64,000 bases of DNA from Candidatus Aminicenantes bacterium UBA2190. GTDB taxonomy: Bacteria > Acidobacteriota > Aminicenantia > UBA2199. The position numbers and the translations under genes are program-made. A model generated the notes under the pieces. The model ran no database searches. It saw only the letters and a list, made by a program, of their open reading frames with translations, and was not told the DNA's origin. The stretch is from the NCBI GenBank assembly GCA_002335385.1, contig DCVK01000071.1, forward strand, positions 13,330 to 77,329. The letters run 5' to 3'. Below are positions 35,664 to 43,894 of this stretch, piece after piece; positions within the stretch are counted from its first letter, which is position 1; every line of letters begins with the position of its first letter.

Positions 35664-36012
35664 ACCGGTTGACGGTAGACGGTGTACGGTCATAACAGCA
35701 ATACGAAGACTAAAATACCAAATCCAAAATTCCAAATAACAAACAATATCCAAATTCCAAATTCCAATTTCCAAAACGAAAGCTCCTTGCAAAGGATTCT
35801 CTTTGTTTTGGTCATTGGGTAATTGGAATTTGGAATTTATTTGGAAATTGGTGCTTGGGATTTGGAATTTAAGTCCTATTAATTCCTTATTCTTCCACCT
35901 TACGCCCTGCGACTTCCGCTTTATGCCTTATGCCGAGTTCTGTTCTTCCTCGTTACGCGTCACGAATAGCGTCTTGTTTTCTTTCGCATAACGCCTGACG
36001 CATAACGAAACT
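35664..36012. repeat. Mosaic intergenic element, copy C
   Basis: NACGGTN heptamers at 35667-35690. AT-rich inverted arms at about 35708-35782 and 35801-35876 around an apex TCCTT-GCA-AAGGA (35784-35796). CCTTATG-type heptamers at 35898-35935. cgttacgcgtcacg and cgcataa/cgcctga/cgcataa arrays at 35951-36008. Confidence 0.85.
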
Positions 36013-36032
36013 CGTTGTTTATTCTTTCCTTG

Positions 36033-37400
36033 TCATGGAAAGAACTCGTCATGGATGGCGCGAACGGCGCGGTCCAGGTCCGGGCTCCTGACCAGGAAAT
36101 AACAGGCGACGGAGGAGGCGCCGGCGGCGGCCATCTCGACGTTGATCTTCTCGCGGGCCACGGCGGTGAAGATGCGGGCGTAGATCCCCTCCTTCTCCAT
36201 GATGCGCTCGCCCACCACCCCGACCAGCGCCAGCCGCTCCTCGAGCTCGATCCTCTTGATGACGCCGTTGACGGCGGCTTTCATTTTACGCAGGCTGCGC
36301 CGGGCGTCGGCGGGATCGAGCAACAGGTTGATGCAGGTCTGCGAGGTGAGCACCGAGTGGATGTTGATGCCGGCGCCGGCCAGCAGCGAGCTGACGCCGG
36401 CGAGCAGGCCGGGCTTGGAGCCGATGCCGGCGCCGTGGATGCGGATGACGGCCAGTCGGCGGTTGGCGGCGATCCCGGCCACGTCCACCGCGCGGTTCGG
36501 GCCGGAGGCGGTGATCTCGCTGCCCGCTCCGGCGGGATCTTCCAGGTTGCGCACGAAGATCCGGGTGCGCGTCCCGGCCAGCGGTTCCACGGTGCGCGGG
36601 TGGAGGATCCTGGCGCCGAAGTAGGAGAGCTCGGCCGCCTCGGCGAACGAGAGGCGCTCCAGGCGGCGCGCCGTCGGCACCCGGGACGGATCGGCGCTCA
36701 TGAAGCCGTCGACATCCTTCCATACCTCGAGGCGCTCCGCCCCCAGGGCATAGGCCACGGCGGCGGCGCTGTAATCGGAGCCGTTGCGACCCAGCAAGGT
36801 GACGGCCCCGCCGGGCCCGCGGCCGAAAAATCCCGGGATGACCGGGATGATGCCCCGGCGCAGCAGAGGGGCAACCTTGGCGCGCAGGACCCTGCGGGTG
36901 CGGTCGCGGTCGATGCTGGCGTTCTCGTAATTGCCGTCGGTGCAAATGCCGGCCCGATGGGCGTCCAGCGCCGCGGATCTTGTCTCCAGGCACTCCAGGA
37001 CGCCGGCCAGCAGCCGCGCCGCCAGCCTCTCGCCGTAGCTCAGCAGCCGGGCTCGTACCGCCGGCGTCAGGTCGCGGTGCCAGGCGATGCCGGTGAGCAG
37101 GCGTTCGACCTGGGCAAGTTGCGCGGCGATCGCAACCTGCAGGCGCTTTTTCGCGGGTCCGCCCGGGCACAACTCGTCGATGACGGCAAGGTGCCGGGTC
37201 GCCAGGGCGGCCAGGATGGGGGGGATGTTCCGCTCATGGCGCTTGGCCTGCTCGATGGCGGCGAGCAACCGCTCGGTCACGCCGTGGATGGCGGAGACCA
37301 CGACCACGGCCCGCCTCTGCGCTGAGATGATGGCGCAGGCCTGCGCGATGCTGCGGCTGTCGCGCAAACAGCCGCCGCCGAACTTCATCACCCTAGTCAT
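36033..37400 (-). CDS. lysC: Aspartate kinase
   Basis: VMKFGGGCL..., with a full-length amino-acid kinase domain plus ACT-like C-terminal domains. 455 aa. Overlaps asd by 8 nt. Confidence 0.9.
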   Translation of the reverse strand: MTRVMKFGGGCLRDSRSIAQACAIISAQRRAVVVVSAIHGVTERLLAAIEQAKRHERNIPPILAALATRHLAVIDELCPGGPAKKRLQVAIAAQLAQVERLLTGIAWHRDLTPAVRARLLSYGERLAARLLAGVLECLETRSAALDAHRAGICTDGNYENASIDRDRTRRVLRAKVAPLLRRGIIPVIPGFFGRGPGGAVTLLGRNGSDYSAAAVAYALGAERLEVWKDVDGFMSADPSRVPTARRLERLSFAEAAELSYFGARILHPRTVEPLAGTRTRIFVRNLEDPAGAGSEITASGPNRAVDVAGIAANRRLAVIRIHGAGIGSKPGLLAGVSSLLAGAGINIHSVLTSQTCINLLLDPADARRSLRKMKAAVNGVIKRIELEERLALVGVVGERIMEKEGIYARIFTAVAREKINVEMAAAGASSVACYFLVRSPDLDRAVRAIHDEFFP

Positions 37401-38451
37401 TCGCCGCCTCCGGGATCCATCCCTTCCGGACCGCCAGCTCGGCGTTCAGCACCGAGCCGCCGGCGGCCCCGCGCACCGTGTTGTGCAGCAGCAGGAAAAA
37501 GTCACAGCGGCTGCCCCGCGGCCGCAGCCGGCCCACGCTCACCGCCATGCCGCGGGCACGCCCGTGCCGCCCCGCCACGACGGGGTCCGGCTCACCCGCC
37601 TGGACGTCGAGGGACGGCTGCGGGCGGTCCTCCTCGCCGCGGACGACGATGGGCTGGGCCGGAGCCGTGGGCAGCTTCAGCTGCTGCGGCTCCGCCGCAA
37701 AGCCGGACAGCGCCTCCTTGATCTCTTCGCCGCCGACCGGCCGGACGAACTCGGCGCTGACGCTCTGCAGGTGGCCTTCGCGCACCGGGACGCGGCTGCA
37801 GGAGGGGTAGATCTCGATGGGGCTGTCCGCGACATGACCGCCCGCCAGCTCGCCGAGGATCTTGCCCGTTTCGCGCACGATCTTCTCTTCCTCGCCGGCG
37901 ATGAAGGGGACGACGTTGCCCAGGATGTCCCAGGCGGCGACGCCGCGGCGGCCGCCGCCGGAAACGGCCTGGAAGGTGGTGACGGTCACGGTCCGCAGTC
38001 CCAGGGCCGTGAGCGGCTTCAGGACCAGCGCCAGCCCTGCGACCACGCAGTTGGGATTGGTCACGATGAATCCGGGGTGGGTGCGCAGCTGCTGCCGCGC
38101 CAGCTCCAGGTGGCCGGGGTTGACCTCGGGGATGAGCAAGGGGACATTCCCGTCCAGGCGGTGGGCGCCGGCGTTGGAAAAGACGCGCAGGCCCGCGGCG
38201 CGCAGCTCGGCCTCCAGCGGCCCGGCCGCGGCGGCAGGCAAGGCCGAGAAGACGGCCCGTGCCCCGCTGCGGATGATTTCGGCCGCCGTGGTCTCGCGGA
38301 TCACCAGCGCCTCGGCGCAGGTCTTGTTCGCCGAGCGGCTGGAGGCGGTAAGGCAGGACAACTCAAAATAGGGATGATCGTCCAGCAGGCGGATGAATTC
38401 CCGCCCGACGAGGCCGGTGCAGCCCAGCAGGGCGACCTTGATCTTCTTCAT
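37393..38451 (-). CDS. asd: Aspartate-semialdehyde dehydrogenase
   Basis: MKKIKVALLGCTGLVGREF... Rossmann fold, and NPNCVVAGL containing the active-site Cys. 352 aa. Confidence 0.9.
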   Translation of the reverse strand: MKKIKVALLGCTGLVGREFIRLLDDHPYFELSCLTASSRSANKTCAEALVIRETTAAEIIRSGARAVFSALPAAAAGPLEAELRAAGLRVFSNAGAHRLDGNVPLLIPEVNPGHLELARQQLRTHPGFIVTNPNCVVAGLALVLKPLTALGLRTVTVTTFQAVSGGGRRGVAAWDILGNVVPFIAGEEEKIVRETGKILGELAGGHVADSPIEIYPSCSRVPVREGHLQSVSAEFVRPVGGEEIKEALSGFAAEPQQLKLPTAPAQPIVVRGEEDRPQPSLDVQAGEPDPVVAGRHGRARGMAVSVGRLRPRGSRCDFFLLLHNTVRGAAGGSVLNAELAVRKGWIPEAAND

Positions 38452-38460
38452 CTTCTCCTC

Positions 38461-39186
38461 CTATCCCCTGCTGATCCGCTGCGGCCGGACGGCGGTGCGG
38501 ACGAGCGGCGGCAGGCTGCCGCCCATGCCCAGGTGATCGCCGGCGACGACCAGCAGCCCGTCGATTCCGTCCGCCGGCGTCTCGCGGATGGCCCGGGCGA
38601 CGGCTGCCCCGTTCCTTTCGCTGACGCGGTTGCAAAGGGCGGTGGCCGTGGCGTCGGCCAGGCAGCCGCTTTCGGCCACGACCGTGGCCGCGTCGGCCCG
38701 GCCGAAGGAGAGGGAATGGCCCACGGTGCCCGACGAGGTGCAGACGGAAAAAATGCCGGGCCGCGGCTCAAGGCGCAGGGCGATGTCGCGCACGCGTGCG
38801 TCGCCGGTAAAGATGCCGACCGTCAGCGGCCGGTCGATGCGCAGCACCACGTCGCCGCCGTTGTCCACGACCACGTGACGGCAGCCGGCGGCGACCAGCG
38901 CCTCCACCGTGACCTGGGCGATGGCGCCGGCGACCGCCGCCATGGGGCCGACCCCGGCCAGGGCGGCGGCCGCGGCCATGCGCCGCGCCACCTGCGGCGC
39001 CGCCATGTCGATGGGCAGCGGCTCCAGCGAGGTGAGAAAGCGCGGCTCAACAACGATATAGGCCTCGATATCGGCGCGGGCGGCGGCGATGGCGCGCTCC
39101 GCCAGCTCCAGGAAGCGCTCGGCGGCGGTCACGGTGGCGAACGTATCCTTGATGCGGATCTGCCGGCGGACCAGGTCAGCGTCCAT
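38461..39186 (-). CDS. UPF0280 / ApbE-like (COG2122) protein
   Basis: 241 aa. The family call is from memory of UPF0280 proteins of methanogens. Overlaps the upstream DUF39 gene by 11 nt. Confidence 0.55.
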   Translation of the reverse strand: MDADLVRRQIRIKDTFATVTAAERFLELAERAIAAARADIEAYIVVEPRFLTSLEPLPIDMAAPQVARRMAAAAALAGVGPMAAVAGAIAQVTVEALVAAGCRHVVVDNGGDVVLRIDRPLTVGIFTGDARVRDIALRLEPRPGIFSVCTSSGTVGHSLSFGRADAATVVAESGCLADATATALCNRVSERNGAAVARAIRETPADGIDGLLVVAGDHLGMGGSLPPLVRTAVRPQRISRG

Positions 39187-40537
39187 GGTCTCCCCCGTGG
39201 ATGGCGCCGGCCGGGCATACCCGGTCGCAGAGGCCGCAGCCCGTGCAGTGCTGCTCGGCGGCCGTCACCTGCCAGTCGTTGTCCCGGCGAAAGACGCCGG
39301 CGGGGCAGATGCCCAGGCACTGGCCGCAGGAAAGGCACAGCGCACGCTCCCAGGCGACGCGCTCCCCCGCGGCCACCCTGCTTCCGGAGCGCCGGGAAGG
39401 AGCGTCTGGTCGCGGCGGCTGGATCGCCAGCGGCCCGGCCGCTCCCTGAACGGGGAGCTTCGCCGCCGGGATGCTCAGCTGAAAGGAGCCCTGTTCGATC
39501 CGCTCCTTCAGGGTGCGCGCGATCCGCCTGGCCATATGCAGGCTGGACAGGGGCGAGGCGGGTACATCCCGGTCCCGCAGCCGGACCGTTCCCGACTTGA
39601 GCTGCTCGTAGGAGCAGCGGCCCAGCAGCGGTCGTTGGCGGGCGGGAACGGCGAAATCGATGATGCCGGTCTCGATGTCCCGGTCGCGGACGGCGGCGGC
39701 GCGGGCGATGCCGGCGTGCAGCACCGGGATGGGGACGCCGATGCCCACGTAGAGCGAGGTGCCGTAGCCCGGGAATGCCGCCGCCCGCAGGAATTCAGGG
39801 GACATGCCCTGCAGGTCGCCCTGCACCATCAGGGTGGCGAACCCCTTTTGCGGGTCGTGCTGCGTGCCGGAGCCGGTGACGTAGCCGACGCCGCCGCCCA
39901 GGAAGATGCGCGTGCCGATGCCGATGGTCTCCAGGCCGGGGTCGTTCATCAGGGGTGACAGCTCGCCGGCGCCGGAAAATGTGACGTTGCCCACGCCGGG
40001 CAGGAGCTTGCCCATGTAGGTGTGCAGCGTGCGCGCGCCGGAGTTGGCGGCGGCGTGATAGCGCTGGTAGGCGTTGCGCGGGTTGCACAGCAGCGCCTGG
40101 TTGAGTCCGGCGAGGGTGACCTCGCCGAGCAGCTCCTTGCGCGGGTAGCAGTCGCTGCCGTAGGACACGGCGCGCAGCACCACCGGCCTGCCGCGCAGCA
40201 GGTCCTCGATGACGTGAGCGCCGCCGTAATCCGCCCCCGGCGTTTCGCAACCTTGCGTGGCGCCCAGGTAGGCGTCGACGGCGGCGATGCCGGCGTAAGC
40301 CTCGACGTCGTTGAGCCAGACGCGGGTCATCTTGATCGGCGGGTCGGAATGACCGAAGTTCAGGAAGGCGCCGCTGGAGCACATGGCGCCGAAGGTGCCG
40401 GTGGTGACGACGTCGACCCCGGCGGCGGCCTGCTCGGCCCCCAGCTCCTCCACGAGCGCGGGCATCTGGTCGGCCGTGACCACGCGCACGGTCCTATTCA
40501 GAATTTTGCGATTGATTTCCTCGACAGTCTTGGACAT
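39176..40537 (-). CDS. Homocysteine biosynthesis protein (DUF39/COG1900 domain fused to a 2x[4Fe-4S] ferredoxin domain)
   Basis: N-terminal region is VVTADQMPALVEE...VDVVTTGTFGAMCSSGAFLNFGHSDPPIKM...WLNDVEAYAG (DUF39-like). The C-terminus carries CLSCGQCLGICPAG and CTGCGLCDRVCPAG. Confidence 0.75.
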   Translation of the reverse strand: MSKTVEEINRKILNRTVRVVTADQMPALVEELGAEQAAAGVDVVTTGTFGAMCSSGAFLNFGHSDPPIKMTRVWLNDVEAYAGIAAVDAYLGATQGCETPGADYGGAHVIEDLLRGRPVVLRAVSYGSDCYPRKELLGEVTLAGLNQALLCNPRNAYQRYHAAANSGARTLHTYMGKLLPGVGNVTFSGAGELSPLMNDPGLETIGIGTRIFLGGGVGYVTGSGTQHDPQKGFATLMVQGDLQGMSPEFLRAAAFPGYGTSLYVGIGVPIPVLHAGIARAAAVRDRDIETGIIDFAVPARQRPLLGRCSYEQLKSGTVRLRDRDVPASPLSSLHMARRIARTLKERIEQGSFQLSIPAAKLPVQGAAGPLAIQPPRPDAPSRRSGSRVAAGERVAWERALCLSCGQCLGICPAGVFRRDNDWQVTAAEQHCTGCGLCDRVCPAGAIHGGDHGR

Positions 40538-40684
40538 GATAAGCCTCCATTTTCTGTTTTTTTTGAAATGGTGGAAGTTGGAGTTCCCCGAACCTGCGCT
40601 TCTAGATCAGAAGCGACAGGCCCGGGCCGGGCATTATCATGCAGTGCGAAAAGAAGTCATTTTGGCACATGGCTGTCAGGCGGG

Positions 40685-40713
40685 AGTTTACACCAGACGC
40701 GCCGGGCTGTCAA
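40685..40713 (-). promoter_or_regulatory. Candidate sigma70-type promoter of the DUF39-UPF0280-asd-lysC operon
   Basis: The minus strand reads TTGACA (40713-40708), a 17-nt spacer, then TAAACT (40690-40685). This leaves a leader of about 140 nt before the ATG at 40537. Confidence 0.5.
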
Positions 40714-40840
40714 TCGCTGCCGGCGAAAAAAAACAGTTGGGCCCGCGGCGCGCCGGTGAGCGCGGGTTGTATTTCCCGGGGAAGCATGCTAGATAATGAC
40801 GGCGCCGCATTGTTCGCGCGCCTTGGTGATGGAGTCATTC

Positions 40841-41608
40841 ATGGCCTTGTTCACGAAAGCCCTGGCAAGAAAACCGTGTCGCAACCTGGTCCACGGCCTT
40901 TCCGGCGCCGGCATGGGGCCCCCGGATTACGGGAAAGCCGTGGAGCAGCACGACGCCTACATCGAGGCCCTGCGCGGCTGCGGCCTGGCCGTGACGGTGC
41001 TGGAAGCCGACGAGGCCTATCCCGACTCGGTCTTCATCGAGGATACGGCGGTATGTTGCGAAAAATCGGCCGTCATCGCCCGTCCCGGCGCCAACAGCCG
41101 CCGCGGCGAGGAAAAAACCGTGGCCCTGGCCCTGGCCGATCTCTACCCGCGGCTGGAGGGGATCCGCGCCCCCGGGACGCTGGAGGGCGGCGACGTCATG
41201 CGCGCCGGCGAGCGCTTCTATATCGGCCTGTCGAACCGGACCAACGGGGATGGGGCGCAACAGCTGGCCGCCATCCTCCGCCGCCATGGCTACGAGGCGC
41301 TGTCCGTGCCCCTGCGCCAGGTCCTGCACCTCAAGACGGGCATGTCCTACCTGGAGCACAACCGCCTGCTGGCTTGCGGGGAATTTTTGCGGCACCCTCT
41401 CCTGTCTTCGTTCGCGACCATCCCCGTGCCGGCCGGGGAAAGCTATGCCGCCAACTCCCTATGGGTCAACGGCCGCGTGCTGGTCCCCGCCGGCTTCCCC
41501 GGGACCCGCCGGGCCATCGAGGACGCGGGCTACGAAACCGTGCTCCTGGACGTCTCGGAGTTCCGCAAGCTGGACGGGGGCTTGAGCTGCCTTTCACTGC
41601 GCTTTTGA
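40841..41608 (+). CDS. Dimethylarginine dimethylaminohydrolase-type amidinotransferase (DDAH family)
   Basis: ALARKP...VFIEDTAV...LEGGDVMR...LHLKTG...KLDGGLSCLSLRF with the C-terminal catalytic Cys. I prefer the ATG at 40841 (GGAG upstream) to the track start at 40796. Confidence 0.75.
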   Translation: MALFTKALARKPCRNLVHGLSGAGMGPPDYGKAVEQHDAYIEALRGCGLAVTVLEADEAYPDSVFIEDTAVCCEKSAVIARPGANSRRGEEKTVALALADLYPRLEGIRAPGTLEGGDVMRAGERFYIGLSNRTNGDGAQQLAAILRRHGYEALSVPLRQVLHLKTGMSYLEHNRLLACGEFLRHPLLSSFATIPVPAGESYAANSLWVNGRVLVPAGFPGTRRAIEDAGYETVLLDVSEFRKLDGGLSCLSLRF

Positions 41609-41673
41609 CCGGTCGTCGCGGAGGCGGCGCGAAATATTGCCGGCGCCGCCCGGTATACAAGCGTCGGCAAGAT

Positions 41674-41682
41674 TGTTATAAT
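41674..41682 (+). promoter_or_regulatory. Candidate extended -10 promoter element upstream of purB
   Basis: TGTTATAAT (TGn plus a perfect TATAAT) lies 20 nt upstream of the GTG at 41703. No good -35 was found. Confidence 0.3.
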
Positions 41683-41702
41683 CAAGGCCGAAGGAGACGC
41701 AC

Positions 41703-43004
41703 GTGATCGACAGGTACCAAGCGGCGGAAATCGCCCGCATCTGGAGCGAGGACAACAAATACCGCAGATGGCTGGACGTCGAGCTGGCCGTCGCCGAGGT
41801 CTGGGCCGAGATGGGGCAGGTGCCGGCGGCCAGCCTGAAGCGCATCCGCCGGCGCGCGGCGTTCGACGTCGGCCGCATCCACGAGATCGAAAAGAAGGCC
41901 AAGCACGACGTCATCGCCTTCCTGACCTCGGTGGAGGAGTCGATCGGGGCCGACTCGGCCTACGTGCACAAGGGCATCACCTCCTACGACGTGGTGGACA
42001 CGGCCCTGTCGCTGCTCATCCGCGAGTCGCTGGACGTGGTCCTGGCCCGCTGCCGGGAGCTGAAGCGGGTGCTGCTGGACAAGGCGTTCGCCTACCGCGA
42101 CCTGCCGGCCATCGGCCGCACCCACGGCATCCACGCCGAACCGATCGCCTTCGGCTGCAAGTTCCTGATCTGGCACGAGGAGATGGAGCGCAACCTGCGG
42201 CGGCTGCAAGCCGCCAGGGAGGCGACGGCGGTGGGCAAGGTCTCGGGCTCGGTGGGGACCTACATCCACTTCCCGGCCGCCGGCGAGGCGCGGGTGCTGC
42301 GCCGGCTGGGGCTGAAACCATGCCGGGTCTCCTCGCAGATCATCCAGCGCGACCGCCACGCCGAGGTCATCGCGGCGCTGGCCCTGCTGGGCACCAGCCT
42401 GGAAAAGATCGCCATCGAGATCCGCCACCTGCAGAAGACCGAGTCGCTCGAGGCCGAGGAGCCCTTCACCCGCGGGCAGAAAGGCTCCTCCTCCATGCCG
42501 CACAAGCGCAACCCCGTGCGCTGCGAGCGCGTATCCGGGCTGGCGCGCATCCTGCGCGGCCACGCGGCCGTGGCACTGGAGAACAACGTCCTCTGGCACG
42601 AGCGCGACATTTCCCATTCCTCGGCCGAACGGGTCATCTTCCCCGACGCCTTCCACCTGGCCGTATTCCTGCTCGACGACATGACCGACGTGCTGCGGCA
42701 CCTGGTCGTCTATCCCGAGAACGTCCGCCGCAACCTGGAGCTGACCCAGGGCGTGTACTTCTCCCAGAAAGTGCTGACCCTGCTGGTCGAGAAGGGCATG
42801 GCCCGCCAGCGCGCCTATGAGCTGGTGCAGGCGCAAGCCATGCGCTCCTGGCGGGAGAAATGCAGTTTCCCTGAACTGGTGCTGGCCGACCCGGCCATCA
42901 CCGCCGTCTGTTCCGCCTCCGAGCTCGAGAAGGCCTTTTCACTGCGGGCGATGCTGTCCGGGACACGGGACATCTTCAGGCGCTTCTCCCGGCGGGGGAA
43001 ATAA
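41703..43004 (+). CDS. purB: Adenylosuccinate lyase
   Basis: Full-length PurB-like sequence (RYQAAEIARIWSE..., SSSMPHKRNP signature loop). GTG start follows AAGGAGA. Confidence 0.92.
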   Translation: MIDRYQAAEIARIWSEDNKYRRWLDVELAVAEVWAEMGQVPAASLKRIRRRAAFDVGRIHEIEKKAKHDVIAFLTSVEESIGADSAYVHKGITSYDVVDTALSLLIRESLDVVLARCRELKRVLLDKAFAYRDLPAIGRTHGIHAEPIAFGCKFLIWHEEMERNLRRLQAAREATAVGKVSGSVGTYIHFPAAGEARVLRRLGLKPCRVSSQIIQRDRHAEVIAALALLGTSLEKIAIEIRHLQKTESLEAEEPFTRGQKGSSSMPHKRNPVRCERVSGLARILRGHAAVALENNVLWHERDISHSSAERVIFPDAFHLAVFLLDDMTDVLRHLVVYPENVRRNLELTQGVYFSQKVLTLLVEKGMARQRAYELVQAQAMRSWREKCSFPELVLADPAITAVCSASELEKAFSLRAMLSGTRDIFRRFSRRGK

Positions 43005-43011
43005 GCGGGCC

Positions 43012-43875
43012 ATGGCCCTGGCGACGATCGATTCGGTCCTGGAACAGATCGACGGCCTGGTGCGCGGCGCCGGCGCGGAAAGCGGCCGGGACTTCCGCCT
43101 GCGCCTGGAGGATCTGGTACGCCGGGGAGGAAGGAGCACCGAGAACGCCATCGTCCACTACATCACCGGCCGCGCCGTCGGCATGGGCACGCGCATCGAC
43201 CTGGTGCGCATGGCCGGCTACATCCGCAGTGACGCCTTCCTGCTGCCGTTGAAGAAGGTCATCGCCATGGGCGAGGACGACCTGCTGCGCGAGGAGGCCA
43301 TCCTCAGCATCGCCAAGTACAACGACCGCCGCGCCCTGGACATCCTGGAATCGGCCCTGGCCCGGATCGCCAAGCCGCAGCTGCAGGCGGTGATCACCCA
43401 GGCCATCGAGCGCATCAAGGCGAACAGCCCCCTGCTGGCCATGCTGCCGCGTTTCCTGCGCGGCGGCCGGGATTCCGACCTCTTCCAGGTCACGCTGAAG
43501 GTGTTCAAGAAGATCCTCGAGCCCGCCGACGCCAGGACCTTCATCGCCTACCTGCACCACGGCGACCAGGCGGTGTCGGAGGGGTCCTTCGAGATCCTGT
43601 GCGCCCGCGGCGACGAGGCGGTCTATTTTTTCGTGGCCGAGTATTTCCGCGAGCAGGCCCGCCTGCTGCTGCGGACGGCGGAGAGCCGGGTGGGGGCCGC
43701 GCGCCTGGAGCGGCTGATCGCCGCCCTGCGCGACTACCTGGGACGTTTCCCGCAGTTCTTTCCGCAGCTGCGCCCCGATATCGCGAACCTGCGCGAGCGG
43801 GCGGACGGGGCCGCCTGGGGCAAGGCGCTCTCGGCGCTGATCAGCGACCTGGATCGGGTGGCGGAAGCGCGATGA
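43012..43875 (+). CDS. Hypothetical alpha-helical (HEAT-like) protein
   Basis: 287 aa from the ATG at 43012. The track ORF from 42817 overlaps purB in another frame. Helical repeat character only; no family recognised. Confidence 0.5.
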   Translation: MALATIDSVLEQIDGLVRGAGAESGRDFRLRLEDLVRRGGRSTENAIVHYITGRAVGMGTRIDLVRMAGYIRSDAFLLPLKKVIAMGEDDLLREEAILSIAKYNDRRALDILESALARIAKPQLQAVITQAIERIKANSPLLAMLPRFLRGGRDSDLFQVTLKVFKKILEPADARTFIAYLHHGDQAVSEGSFEILCARGDEAVYFFVAEYFREQARLLLRTAESRVGAARLERLIAALRDYLGRFPQFFPQLRPDIANLRERADGAAWGKALSALISDLDRVAEAR

Positions 43876-43894
43876 ACGAGAAAGGAGCGGCAAC

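Noticed and set aside
40538-40700. Known SAM riboswitch class upstream of the homocysteine operon.
   Set aside because: I could not find the conserved SAM-I, SAM-II or SAM/SAH sequence features by eye. It is kept only as a generic 'structured leader' hypothesis in the findings.
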